Assembly: GCA_021463845.1 (NCBI GenBank)
Contig: JAJTXV010000005.1
Location: 67,718-131,717, forward strand
DNA from: Anaerolineales bacterium
GTDB lineage: Bacteria > Chloroflexota > Anaerolineae > Anaerolineales > UBA11579
Direction: 5' to 3'
Length of the DNA: 64,000 bases
Each line of letters opens with the position of its first letter. Position 1 is the first letter of the stretch. This document shows, piece by piece, positions 46,062-55,304 of this stretch. Under the pieces are notes generated by a model that was given only the letters and a program-made list of their open reading frames with translations, made no database searches and was not told the origin of the DNA. The position numbers and the translations under genes were made by a program.

Positions 46062-47174
46062 ATGGAGGTTCAGACAATGGCCAGCGTAACGTATGACCAT
46101 GTCGTAAAGCGTTTTGGTGACGTCCTCGCCGTAAACGACTTGAATATTCACGTAGAGGACAAAGAATTTTTGGTGCTGGTTGGCCCCTCCGGCTGTGGCA
46201 AGTCCACTGCCCTGCGCCTGCTAGCCGGCCTGGAGGAGATCTCCTCCGGCGAGATTCGCATCGGTGACCGGGTGGTCAATGACCTGGCGCCCAAAGACCG
46301 CGACATCGCCATGGTGTTCCAATCCTACGCCTTGTACCCACACATGTCGGTCTTTGACAACATGGCCTTTGGTCTGCGCCTCCGTAAGATGGAAAAGGCG
46401 GAGATCAAGCGCCGGGTAGACAACGCCGCCGCCATCCTGGGTATCCAGGAGCTGCTGCAGCGCAAGCCGCGCCAGCTCTCCGGCGGCCAGCGCCAGCGTG
46501 TGGCCGTGGGCCGCGCCATTGTGCGTGAACCCAACGTCTTCCTGCTCGACGAGCCGCTCTCCAACCTGGACGCCAAGCTGCGCGTGCAAACCCGCGCCCA
46601 GATCAGCAAGCTCCACCAGGACCTGCAAACCACCTTCATTTATGTGACCCATGACCAGGTGGAGGCCATGACCATGGCCACTCGCATCGCCGTGATGAAT
46701 CACGGCGTGCTGCAGCAGATCGACACCCCGCACAACCTGTACGAGCACCCGGCCAACAAGTTCGTGGCCGGCTTCATCGGCTCGCCCGCCATGAACTTCT
46801 TTGACGCCAAGCTGGTCAAGGACGGCGGCAAGCTGATCGCCGATGCCGGCGCATTCCAGGTCGAGGCGCCCAAGGGCAACAAGGCCGCCGAGGCTTATGC
46901 CGGCAAGTCCGTCACCCTCGGCATCCGCCCTGAGGACATCCACAACGCCAAGTTCACCCCGGCCGACATCACCCCGGCCAAGGTGGAAGCCAAGGTGGAT
47001 ATCGTCGAGCTGATGGGCAACGAGATCGTGGCCTACCTCAAAGCAGCCGACACGGACTTTGTGGCCCGCGTTGACCCCCGCTCCGAGTACAAGGTCGGCG
47101 ACAAGGCCCAGGTGGTCTTCAACACCAGCAACCTGCACCTGTTCGACAAGGAAACCGAGCAGGCCATCCGCTAA
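46062..47174 (+). CDS. sugar-type ABC transporter ATP-binding protein (MalK/UgpC family)
   Basis: Walker A is GPSGCGKST, the signature is LSGGQRQRVA, and Walker B is FLLDEPLSNLD. A C-terminal TOBE-like regulatory domain is present. The start is at 46062 or the ATG at 46077. No permease genes lie adjacent. Confidence 0.9.
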   Translation: MEVQTMASVTYDHVVKRFGDVLAVNDLNIHVEDKEFLVLVGPSGCGKSTALRLLAGLEEISSGEIRIGDRVVNDLAPKDRDIAMVFQSYALYPHMSVFDNMAFGLRLRKMEKAEIKRRVDNAAAILGIQELLQRKPRQLSGGQRQRVAVGRAIVREPNVFLLDEPLSNLDAKLRVQTRAQISKLHQDLQTTFIYVTHDQVEAMTMATRIAVMNHGVLQQIDTPHNLYEHPANKFVAGFIGSPAMNFFDAKLVKDGGKLIADAGAFQVEAPKGNKAAEAYAGKSVTLGIRPEDIHNAKFTPADITPAKVEAKVDIVELMGNEIVAYLKAADTDFVARVDPRSEYKVGDKAQVVFNTSNLHLFDKETEQAIR

Positions 47175-47195
47175 GTCTGCCCGTTTGTGATATAC

Positions 47196-47243
47196 ACGGC
47201 GTACGGTCACGCACAAGTGCGTCACCGTACGCCGTTTTGTTTT
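47196..47243 (+). terminator. long-stem terminator after the ABC ATPase gene
   Basis: acggcgtacggtcacgcac / gtgcgtcaccgtacgccgt form a 19-bp stem with one mismatch, followed by tttgtttta. Confidence 0.65.
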
Positions 47244-47256
47244 ATCGAGGAGTGCT

Positions 47257-48465
47257 ATGCCTTACGACTACGTTCCTGACCTGCTCATCAAATCCACCAG
47301 CAAGATCGTCTTGCTGATATTGGACGGCCTCGGCGGCCTGCCGCTGGTGCCCGGCGGCCCCACCACCCTCGAAGCCGCCCAGACCCCCAACCTGGACCGC
47401 CTGGCCGCGGAAGGCACCCTGGGGCGCACCATCCCGGTGCGCCACGGCGTCACCCCCGGCTCCGGCCCGGCCCACCTGGCCCTGTTCGGCTACGACCCAC
47501 TGCACTACCCCGTGGGCCGCGGCGTGATGGAAGCGCTGGGCGTGGGCCTCGAGGTCGGCCCGGGCGCAGTGGCGGCGCGCGGCAACTTCTGCACGCTGGA
47601 TGCCGACGGCAACATTATGGACCGCCGCGCCGGCCGCATCTCCTCAGAAGAAGCCGCACCCATCGTGGAAGAGCTCAAGAAGATCGAGATCCCCGGCGTC
47701 AGGATCGAAGTGCGCCATGTCAAGGAATACCGCTTCGCGGTGGTGATGCATGCCGACGGCCTGCAAGGGGAAATCGACGACACAGACCCGCAGGCCACCG
47801 GCGCCAAGCCGCTGCCCGCCGTGGCGCGGGATGCCGCTTCGGCTAAAACGGCCGAGCTGTTCAACCAATGGATCGCCGAGGCGCACAAACGCATGGCCAG
47901 CCAACCCAAGGCCAATGGCATCACCCTGCGCGGCTTCGGCGGCGATCCGCAGCTGCCCAGCTATCAGGATGCCTACGGCCTCAAGGCCGCCTGCGTGGCG
48001 GTGTACCCGATGTACCGGGGCGTCTCCAAGCTGGTCGGCATGCAAACCATCCTGTTCGACGGCGAAAGCCCGGCCGACGAATTCGCCGCGGCAGCCAAGG
48101 TGTGGAACGACTACGACTTTTTATTCATCCACATCAAAAAAACCGACAGCATGGGCGAGGATGGCAATTTTGACGGCAAGGTCAAGGTGATCGAAAGCGT
48201 GGACCAGGCTCTGCCGGCCCTGCTGGCGCTCAAGCCGGATGTGCTGATGGTCACGGGTGACCACAGCACGCCAGTCAAGATGCGCAGTCACTCGTGGCAC
48301 CAGGTGCCGCTGCTGTTCTGGGCGCCGGAGCGCGGCCTGCCCGATGAACAGACCCGCTTCGGCGAGCGGGCCTGCATGCACGGCGGCCTGGGCACCATCC
48401 CGGCCACCGAGCTGATGGCGCTGGCCTTGGCCCACGCCGGCCGCCTGGAAAAATTCGGCGCGTAG
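47257..48465 (+). CDS. apgM: cofactor-independent phosphoglycerate mutase, archaeal type
   Basis: 402 aa. It has LLILDGLGG, metal/phospho-Ser region motifs, and VTGDHSTP. The length and pattern fit ApgM rather than GpmI. Confidence 0.8.
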   Translation: MPYDYVPDLLIKSTSKIVLLILDGLGGLPLVPGGPTTLEAAQTPNLDRLAAEGTLGRTIPVRHGVTPGSGPAHLALFGYDPLHYPVGRGVMEALGVGLEVGPGAVAARGNFCTLDADGNIMDRRAGRISSEEAAPIVEELKKIEIPGVRIEVRHVKEYRFAVVMHADGLQGEIDDTDPQATGAKPLPAVARDAASAKTAELFNQWIAEAHKRMASQPKANGITLRGFGGDPQLPSYQDAYGLKAACVAVYPMYRGVSKLVGMQTILFDGESPADEFAAAAKVWNDYDFLFIHIKKTDSMGEDGNFDGKVKVIESVDQALPALLALKPDVLMVTGDHSTPVKMRSHSWHQVPLLFWAPERGLPDEQTRFGERACMHGGLGTIPATELMALALAHAGRLEKFGA

Positions 48466-48486
48466 CAATAGACACAGGAGACACAT

Positions 48487-48990
48487 ATGGCTTGGGCATT
48501 GATCATTCTGCGCATCATTCACATCTTTGCCGGCGTGCTGTGGGTCGGTGCAAGCTACACCATGGCGCTTTTCGTCACCCCCACGGTGAAAGCGCTCGGC
48601 GCTGACGGCCAGAAATTCATGCAGACAATGGCAGAGACGGGCAAGATATCAAAACGCTTGGGCATGGCCGGCGGGCTGACCCTACTGTCTGGCCTGCTGC
48701 TGTATGGCCTGCTGTTCCACGGCCTGGCCCCGCTTAATACCGGCACTGGCCTGGCGCTGACCCTGGGCGGCCTCTTCGGCATTCTGGCAGGCTATGCAGG
48801 CGGGCGTACCGGCGGCTACGTCAAGCAGATCCAGGCGCAGGCCGCTGAGCTGGCCTCCGGCCCCAAGCCGGAAGTGCAGGCGCGCATCGCCGCCCTGCAG
48901 GAGCAGATGGCCCGCAACAGCGCCATCGCCACCATCCTGATGACGCTCTCGCTGCTCGGCATGGTGCTGTCCGAATATTTTGTAATTTAG
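48487..48990 (+). CDS. small 4-TM membrane protein, unknown function
   Basis: 167 aa with four hydrophobic helices. No motif recognised. Confidence 0.5.
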   Translation: MAWALIILRIIHIFAGVLWVGASYTMALFVTPTVKALGADGQKFMQTMAETGKISKRLGMAGGLTLLSGLLLYGLLFHGLAPLNTGTGLALTLGGLFGILAGYAGGRTGGYVKQIQAQAAELASGPKPEVQARIAALQEQMARNSAIATILMTLSLLGMVLSEYFVI

Positions 48991-49002
48991 AGTTAAAAGC
49001 TA

Positions 49003-49067
49003 AACCACAAAGGGCACAAAGAACTGCTTTTAAGTTTTTTCTTTGTGCCCTTTGTGTCTTTGTGGTT
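49003..49067. terminator. family-D hairpin acting as a likely bidirectional terminator between convergent genes
   Basis: aaccacaaagggcacaaagaa (49003-49023) pairs with ttctttgtgccctttg..tgtggtt (49039-49067), with a T-run in the loop. The right arm is an exact reverse-complement copy of 36969-36997. Confidence 0.6.
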
Positions 49068-49734
49068 AGTTTTGATTTTTATCTGTGTTCATCTGTGGGC
49101 GGAATCCGCGCCACAGCCCCAGCCCACCCAACAACGAGAGCCCGCCGAGGGTCAGGAACACATCCTGCCAGAAGCGCATCGGGAACAGGCGGATCAGCGT
49201 ATCCGAATACAGGAACAGCCAGCTGTCGCCTTCAAAGAAGATCCCGTGAAATTCAGTAAATAGCCAGTCAAAGCTCAGCGCGATCAGCACCAGCAGCGCC
49301 AAGATCAGCGCCACCGTCAGCGCTCCGCCCTGCCCTAGGGCGGCACGGAACTCGGCCAGCAGGCCCAGGCGCCAGGCGGCGACGCCCAGCGCCGCCAGCG
49401 TCAGCAGTGCGCCGACCCAGACCCGCAGCGCGGCCTGGGTCAATACCTTGACGTCATACATGTGGCTTAGCTCGCGCTCGTTGTAGAGCGGGGTGCCGTC
49501 TTCGAAAGTTTGGTCGCCCAGGAAGCTGATGTCCTCATCGTTCATCAAATAATCCAGCGCCAGGGGTGCATAACGCAAGCGCTCAGCCTGGGTCATGCCG
49601 TAGGCATCCTCAGGGAAACCGGGCATGTGATATTCAATGTTCACGAAGAGCGGAGTCAGTAGCAGCCGAGTGGCGGTGAGCACGATCACGACGGGCACGA
49701 GGACTGGGATGAGGATGCGAATGAGTTGCTTCAT
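49066..49734 (-). CDS. TIGR01906/DUF1461-family integral membrane protein
   Basis: The start is taken at MKQLIRILIPVLV, overlapping the upstream stop. LLTPLFVNIEYHMPGFPED...MTQAERLRYAPLALDYL fits the family pattern. The last ~11 codons lie inside a family-E repeat. Confidence 0.7.
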   Translation of the reverse strand: MKQLIRILIPVLVPVVIVLTATRLLLTPLFVNIEYHMPGFPEDAYGMTQAERLRYAPLALDYLMNDEDISFLGDQTFEDGTPLYNERELSHMYDVKVLTQAALRVWVGALLTLAALGVAAWRLGLLAEFRAALGQGGALTVALILALLVLIALSFDWLFTEFHGIFFEGDSWLFLYSDTLIRLFPMRFWQDVFLTLGGLSLLGGLGLWRGFRPQMNTDKNQN

Positions 49735-51284
49735 TGCAGACTCTCCACTTCGCCAGACAGCACGAAGCGCAGAACCATACTGTTGATGATCCACTCGATC
49801 GGCGAGCGGTCATCGGTGAGCACCTGGCCGCCGCTAGGTGTTTCGCGCTGATTTTGTAGCGTGCGCTGCATGGCCGCCAACAGCAGGGGGTGGCTGCCAT
49901 CGGCTGCCAGCCGGTCATAGTTGGCTTGCAGGTCTTCAAAGCGGGTGGGCTGCACCGTGGCATACACCAGCGAGTTGAAAGTATCCGGAATGTCCATCAC
50001 ATGCACGCTGGGAAATACCTCCGAGAGCGTCGCCACCAGCGCGTCGATCAAGCGCCGGTCATTCGGGGCGCGGCCCACATTGATGGCCAGCACGCCGTCC
50101 GCCGTCAGGCGTTCGCGGCACAGGGTGAAAAATTCCACCGTGGTGAGGTGCGGCGGGATGTACGGCGGGCGGTAAGCGTCGATCTCGATCAGCGAATAAG
50201 TGCGCTGGCTGTGCTCCAAACCCCAGCGGCCATCCACCGCCACGGCGTTGAGGTTGGGCATGGTCATGCCAAAGTATTCGCGCCCTACCGCAATGATGTC
50301 AGGGTCGATCTCGTAGCCGTCCATCGGCACGTCTTCGCCCAGCACGGCCGTGGCGCCGCGGGCGCTGGTGCCCGCCGCCAGGCCGATGATGGCGATGGCT
50401 GAGACCTGCTCGGGCCTATAGTCCGGGTTGAAGAACGGGCCAACCAGAAACTGCTCCCACGGCCCTTGGAAATCGAGAATATCGGGATGATAGATGGAAT
50501 GCACACCCTGGCCCTCATTGAGGCGCAGGTAGCGCACGCCGTTGAACTCCAGCACCTGGATGTAGTTGTAGGCGGTCTCGTCTTCGTAGATCTGGCCGGC
50601 GGTGGCCTTCAGGTTGCCCTGCGCCCAGATGGCCGCCAACGCCGCCAGCAGCAGCGGCAGCGTCAGCCAGCCGGCGGCCTTGCGCCAGCTGACCGAGAGC
50701 CCCAGCCCCACCAGCCCCACAGCCATCAGCGCGAAGCTGAAAATGAGGATGGTGACCGTGCTGCCGAAGACCGGTATGAGCACCAGCACCGGCAGAAAAG
50801 TGCCGATGACCGAGCCCAGCGTGGAGAAAGCATAGATGCGGCCCGAGGTGCGGCCGGCTTCTTTTTGGTCTGTGATGGCGAGACGGATCGCGAACGGCGA
50901 GGCCGTGCCCATCAGCGTGATCGGCACGATGAACAGGACCAGCACCGAGACCAGCGAGCCGGCCAGCACGCCGACCTGCAGCTGGTCGAACGCGTCGGCC
51001 GCGGCGCGCAACACCGGGCGCGCCACCAGCGGCACGATGCCGGCGGTGAACCCAGCCCAGATCTGGATCTTGTAGAAGGTCTCGAAATGCGGTGAGCGGT
51101 CTGCCCAGCGGCCTCCGATAAAGTAGCCGAGGGTGAGATAGATGAGGATGAGGCCAATGATGCTGGCCCACACGAGGTTGCTGGTGCCGAACACATTCCC
51201 CAGCAGGCGCGAGGCGGTTAGCTCGACCCCCAGCGTGGTGAGGCCAGAGGCGAAGACAGCGAAGGTGAGATAGCGTCGGGTCAT
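49731..51284 (-). CDS. fused polytopic membrane domain + spermidine-synthase-like (class I MTase fold) protein
   Basis: The N-terminal ~210 aa contain about 7 TM helices. The C-terminus has IIGLAAGTSAR and IEIDAYRPPYIPPHLTTVEFF, as in SpeE-like proteins. Confidence 0.8.
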   Translation of the reverse strand: MTRRYLTFAVFASGLTTLGVELTASRLLGNVFGTSNLVWASIIGLILIYLTLGYFIGGRWADRSPHFETFYKIQIWAGFTAGIVPLVARPVLRAAADAFDQLQVGVLAGSLVSVLVLFIVPITLMGTASPFAIRLAITDQKEAGRTSGRIYAFSTLGSVIGTFLPVLVLIPVFGSTVTILIFSFALMAVGLVGLGLSVSWRKAAGWLTLPLLLAALAAIWAQGNLKATAGQIYEDETAYNYIQVLEFNGVRYLRLNEGQGVHSIYHPDILDFQGPWEQFLVGPFFNPDYRPEQVSAIAIIGLAAGTSARGATAVLGEDVPMDGYEIDPDIIAVGREYFGMTMPNLNAVAVDGRWGLEHSQRTYSLIEIDAYRPPYIPPHLTTVEFFTLCRERLTADGVLAINVGRAPNDRRLIDALVATLSEVFPSVHVMDIPDTFNSLVYATVQPTRFEDLQANYDRLAADGSHPLLLAAMQRTLQNQRETPSGGQVLTDDRSPIEWIINSMVLRFVLSGEVESLQ

Positions 51285-51311
51285 GGGACGATTATAGAGT
51301 GCTTATGTATT

Positions 51312-51809
51312 TCAGCCGTCGCGCTGGTATAGGAACAAGGTCAAGTCGATGTTTCCCGGCGAATGGCCAAAGTTGGTCAGCATCACCGCGCATTCGCTGC
51401 GGTGCTGCATGCCGTGGTTGACCACATGCCACAGACAGTGCCACAGCGTGCGCTTCACCGTCCAGCCTTCGTCGTCAAAAGTGATCGTGGCTGCCAGATC
51501 CGCCTCGCTGAGAGTATTGATGTATGCCCACATCTCTGCCTCGTCCTGCTCCCAGCGCGCCCGCATGGCAGCCACATCCGGAAACTGCTCCCCTACGAGC
51601 ACGTCAAATTTCGACACTTGATGTAGATAGACGCCCCGCCAGCCGTGCTCACCATCCAGAATATGGGCTAGCGTGCTGCGCAAGCCGCCCCAGCTGAAGG
51701 GGGCAGGCTGGGCGAACTGCTCGGCGCTCAGCGCTTCGGCTTTGGAGAGCAACAGCTTATTGGCCCAGTAGTTGTATTCGTACATATCCCGGATGGCAGC
51801 AAGGTTCAT
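51312..51809 (-). CDS. DinB-family metal-dependent protein
   Basis: The start is taken at MNLAAIRDMYEYNYWANKLLL. His residues lie at LAHILDGEHGW and HVVNHGMQHRSE, giving a four-helix DinB pattern. Confidence 0.8.
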   Translation of the reverse strand: MNLAAIRDMYEYNYWANKLLLSKAEALSAEQFAQPAPFSWGGLRSTLAHILDGEHGWRGVYLHQVSKFDVLVGEQFPDVAAMRARWEQDEAEMWAYINTLSEADLAATITFDDEGWTVKRTLWHCLWHVVNHGMQHRSECAVMLTNFGHSPGNIDLTLFLYQRDG

Positions 51810-52035
51810 GTTCTCTCCAAAGCGGATGAATAAGGGATTATAGCTTTGAGCTCCGGTGAACTCGCCTACCTCAGTGTCATTCCGGCCAGTTTCTGCACCC
51901 ACACCAAGACCGATGAAACCCAGCCCAAGGAAGAAGCGTTATTCGGCACCAGCCGAATAGCTTCTACAAACGCTGCGTAGCAGCGTACATTGCAGCGTAG
52001 ATTTCACACTTTCCCCGCTATCATGGTTATAGAGA

Positions 52036-52551
52036 GTGATGGTAGTGGCCACCAAGCCTGACTTCGAAACCCTGGTTGACGCCCACAGCGGCGAACTGTT
52101 CGGCTACCTGTGGCGCCTGTTGGGCGACGAAGCCGAAGCGCAGGACTGTTTGCAGGACGCCTATCTGCGCGCTTACAAGGCCTACCCGCGCGCCGAGCCT
52201 GACAATCTGCGCGCCTGGCTCTACAAGATCGCCACCAATACGGCCCGCACCCGCCAGCAGCGCAACGGCCGCCGCGCCAGCCAACAGGCCGAGCTGCACG
52301 AGCAGCACGCCTCCGGCGAGGCGCCGGTCGAGACCCAGGTGCTGCAGCGCCTGAGCGCCGCGGCCGTACGCGCCGCGGTGAGCCAGCTGCCCGGCCAGCA
52401 GCAGGCCGCCCTGCTGCTGCGCAAGTATCAGGGCCTGGAATACGCCGAGGTGGCCGCCGCGCTCAATTGCAGCGAGCCGGCCGCCCGCGCCCATGTCTAC
52501 CAGGCGCTCAAAAAGCTGCGCGTCCACTTTAGCGAGGAAGACTATGACTAA
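52036..52551 (+). CDS. ECF sigma factor
   Basis: Region 2 is SGELFGYLWRLLGDEAEAQDCLQDAYLRAY; region 4 is EYAEVAAALNCSEPAARAHVYQALKKLR. Confidence 0.85.
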   Translation: MMVVATKPDFETLVDAHSGELFGYLWRLLGDEAEAQDCLQDAYLRAYKAYPRAEPDNLRAWLYKIATNTARTRQQRNGRRASQQAELHEQHASGEAPVETQVLQRLSAAAVRAAVSQLPGQQQAALLLRKYQGLEYAEVAAALNCSEPAARAHVYQALKKLRVHFSEEDYD

Positions 52552-53212
52552 GCCAAACACCAATCCCTGGCTGGAGCACAAGGCACCCGCCAGCACTCCC
52601 CTCGAACACGCCCTCGACGCGGCCTACGCCGCCGGCCCAAACGCGCCCGCCGCCCAACGGGCGCAGGCCGCCGTACGCCAGACCCTGGCCGCCCAGGCTG
52701 GCCCGCCCATGTACTACGACCTAGTGCAAGACACGCCGCTCGGCCCGCTGTGGATCGCCGTCGGCGCGCATGGCCTGCTGGCCATCGAATACGAGAGCAG
52801 CGAGGACAGCTTGCGCAGCTACCTGCGCAAGCTGGGCGGCCAGCCGCTGCGCTCCGCTGACAAGGTCGCCGCGGCCGCCAAGCAAGTGCGCACTTACCTG
52901 TTCGGCGACTCGCAAGCGGTTGACCTGCCGGTAGACCTCAGCCATCTCACCCCCTTCCAGCAGCGCGTCCTGCAAGAGACGCGCCGCGTGCCGCGCGGCC
53001 AGGTGCGCACCTATATGCAAATCGCCAACAGCATCGGCAATCCCAAGGCCGTGCGCGCCGTGGGCCAGGCCCTGCGCCACAACCCCATCCCCATCGTGGT
53101 GCCTTGCCATCGGGTCGTCGCCTCAGACGGCACGCTGGGTGGCTACGGCGGCAAAATGCGTGACCAGCGCAAGCTCAGCCTGCTCAAGCTCGAAGGCGTA
53201 AGCTTCGCGTGA
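52544..53212 (+). CDS. ogt: methylated-DNA--protein-cysteine methyltransferase with ~55-aa N-terminal extension
   Basis: TPFQQRVLQETRRVPRGQVRTYMQIA...NPIPIVVPCHRVV contains the PCHR active site. The ATG at 52544 overlaps the sigma gene by 8 nt. Confidence 0.85.
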   Translation: MTKPNTNPWLEHKAPASTPLEHALDAAYAAGPNAPAAQRAQAAVRQTLAAQAGPPMYYDLVQDTPLGPLWIAVGAHGLLAIEYESSEDSLRSYLRKLGGQPLRSADKVAAAAKQVRTYLFGDSQAVDLPVDLSHLTPFQQRVLQETRRVPRGQVRTYMQIANSIGNPKAVRAVGQALRHNPIPIVVPCHRVVASDGTLGGYGGKMRDQRKLSLLKLEGVSFA

Positions 53213-53934
53213 GCGCCAGTGGCTGGTTGATCGCCGCCTGCGCCGCGCTCAGCGCCGTGATGGCGGCCGGCCTGGCTGTCTTCGGCCTGCTCAACTTTGG
53301 CGGCGCCGAGGCGGCCACCGCATTGATGGCCGCCAGCCTGTGGCTCACCTGGGTGCTGGCCGGCGGCGTGGCCGCGCGCCGCCTGCGCCAACGGCTGCGG
53401 GCGCGCCTGCAGCAGCTGCCAGGCAACTGGCAGCTGCATTTCGTGCTGTTCGCCACGCTGCTGGCCCTGGCAGAGGAAGCCATCACCACCACGCTCACCA
53501 ACCTGGCTCCGGCCCTCGGCTCGCAGGTGGGCGTTGCGTACATCACCGCCTCCAGCAGCTATCTGGAGGTGGTGCTGTACAACAGCGTGATCGTCTTCGT
53601 GCCCATGTTCATCGTGTGGGCCTGGCTGCTGCGCCGCTATGCCTTCAGCCCCAATGCCGTGCTGCTGTTATTTGGCATCACTGGCGTGTTGGCCGAGGCC
53701 ATCTACGGCGGAGCGCAGGCGCTGTTGGCCGCGCCGTTCTGGATCCTGGTCTATGGCCTCATGGTGTATCTGCCTGCCTACACACTGGCGCAGGGCCGCG
53801 GGGCGCTGCCGCCGCGCAGCTGGCACTACGCGCTGGCCGTGCTGCTGCCCTTGGCCGCCGCCGCCGTTATGGCGCTGCTAGTGTTGACTCTGTCGCCGCA
53901 CCTGCCGCACTTCGGCCCTGATTTCACGAAGTAG
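53209..53934 (+). CDS. polytopic membrane protein, unknown function
   Basis: The GTG start overlaps the ogt stop (GTGA). 241 aa with about 6 TM helices. Confidence 0.5.
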   Translation: MSASGWLIAACAALSAVMAAGLAVFGLLNFGGAEAATALMAASLWLTWVLAGGVAARRLRQRLRARLQQLPGNWQLHFVLFATLLALAEEAITTTLTNLAPALGSQVGVAYITASSSYLEVVLYNSVIVFVPMFIVWAWLLRRYAFSPNAVLLLFGITGVLAEAIYGGAQALLAAPFWILVYGLMVYLPAYTLAQGRGALPPRSWHYALAVLLPLAAAAVMALLVLTLSPHLPHFGPDFTK

Positions 53935-53946
53935 CTAAATCCCGCG

Positions 53947-53994
53947 GTCATTGCGAGAGAGGTTGCATGTCAATGCAACCTCTCTCGCAATGAC
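53947..53994. repeat. 48-nt near-perfect (22-bp arms) palindrome, family B (gtcattgcgagagaggttgcatg-tc-aatgcaacctctctcgcaatgac)
   Basis: Read directly from the sequence; the arms are fully complementary. Confidence 0.85.
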
Positions 53995-54009
53995 GAGAGT
54001 CAAAGTTCT

Positions 54010-54170
54010 GTCATTCCGAACGAGCAGCATAGTGCCGCGCAGCGGCACTTGCGCGAGGAGGAATCCTTTAGGCCATTGCTAAAACTACTAGACTTTGGTT
54101 GTCCTAAAGGATTCCTCGGCTGGCTCACCCTCTGGACTGGCAAATTTTCAAAATGCCGCCTCGGAATGAC
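54010..54170. repeat. family-A nested inverted-repeat element
   Basis: Outer arms gtcattccgaacgag / cctcggaatgac. Inner arms gaggaggaatcctttagg / cctaaaggattcctc. Confidence 0.8.
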
Positions 54171-54193
54171 AAAACGGGCCGACAGACCACCAG

Positions 54194-54255
54194 GCGTTGC
54201 GGTATTCGGCGAAGCCGAATAGCAACGCCAACGCGTGGGCGTTTTTTGCCCACGC
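54194..54255. repeat. family-C composite hairpins (gcgttgcggtattcggc-gaa-gccgaatagcaacgc + gcgtgggcgttttttgcccacgc)
   Basis: Two consecutive hairpins with the same architecture as 33364-33418. Confidence 0.75.
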
Positions 54256-54338
54256 AACGCGTGCTAACATATCTCTGACGTAATATCCCGCCCGCCGCAC
54301 TCATCTAATCAATATTCCGCACACGAAAGCGAGCAATC

Positions 54339-55304
54339 ATGACCCCCACCCTCGGCATCCACCACATCACCGCCATCGGCTCTGACCCCCAGCGCCTCGT
54401 CGACTTCTACACCCAGATCCTCGGCCTGCGCCTGGCCAAGAAGACCGTCAATCAAGATGACGTCAGCGCCTATCACCTCTTCTTCGGTGACCGTGAGGGC
54501 GGCCCGGGCATGGACCTGACCTTCTTCACCTTCATGCCGCCCACGCCCGGCAGCCGTGGCAACGGGCTGGTCACCAACATCAGCCTGGCCGTGCCAACCG
54601 GCGCCCTGCCGTTCTGGAAAGAGCGCTTCGATACACTGGGCGTCAAACACGAAGGCATTACGACCCAGCTCGGCTGGCAGCGCATCGTCTTCTACGATTA
54701 CGATGACCAGCGCCTCGAGCTGGTGGAAGTGGACCCGGCTAACTTTGACGACACGCATCTGTGGACCACGCCCGAAGTCGGCGCAGACCACGCCATCCGC
54801 CAGTTCCACTCCGCCCTGCTCAGCGTGCACGACAAGGCCCTCGTCAAGCCGATCCTGTTGGCCTTCGGCTACGCAGTTGAGAGCAGCGAAGGCAACCTGA
54901 CCCGCTACCACCTACCCGGCCAGCAGCGTGCCGAATTCGTAGAGCTGGAAGAAGACCCCAGCAAACCGGCCGGCTTCAATGCCTCCGGCACCGTGCACCA
55001 CATCGCTTTCTCGGTGGCCGACGAGGCCGCCCAGCAAGCCGTGCGCCAAAGCATCGCCGGCATGGGCCTCTATCCCACCAAAATGATCGATCGCTTCTAT
55101 TTCAAATCCGTCTACTTCCGCACACCGGCCGGCATCCTGTTCGAGCTGGCTACCATGGGGCCGGGCTTCACTGCCGACGAGCCGCTCGAAACCCTGGGCG
55201 AGAAACTCTCGCTCCCGCCCTTTCTGGAACCACATCGTGCCCAGATCGAAGCCGGCCTGACCCCGGTCACCGTGCGCCCGCTGCCACAAGGGTTGCCAAA
55301 CTGA
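54339..55304 (+). CDS. VOC-superfamily ring-cleaving dioxygenase (MhqO/MhqA-like)
   Basis: 321 aa with duplicated glyoxalase/VOC modules. It begins GIHHITAIGSDPQRLVDFYTQILGLRLAKKTVNQDD; a second module contains TVHHIAFSV. Confidence 0.8.
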   Translation: MTPTLGIHHITAIGSDPQRLVDFYTQILGLRLAKKTVNQDDVSAYHLFFGDREGGPGMDLTFFTFMPPTPGSRGNGLVTNISLAVPTGALPFWKERFDTLGVKHEGITTQLGWQRIVFYDYDDQRLELVEVDPANFDDTHLWTTPEVGADHAIRQFHSALLSVHDKALVKPILLAFGYAVESSEGNLTRYHLPGQQRAEFVELEEDPSKPAGFNASGTVHHIAFSVADEAAQQAVRQSIAGMGLYPTKMIDRFYFKSVYFRTPAGILFELATMGPGFTADEPLETLGEKLSLPPFLEPHRAQIEAGLTPVTVRPLPQGLPN

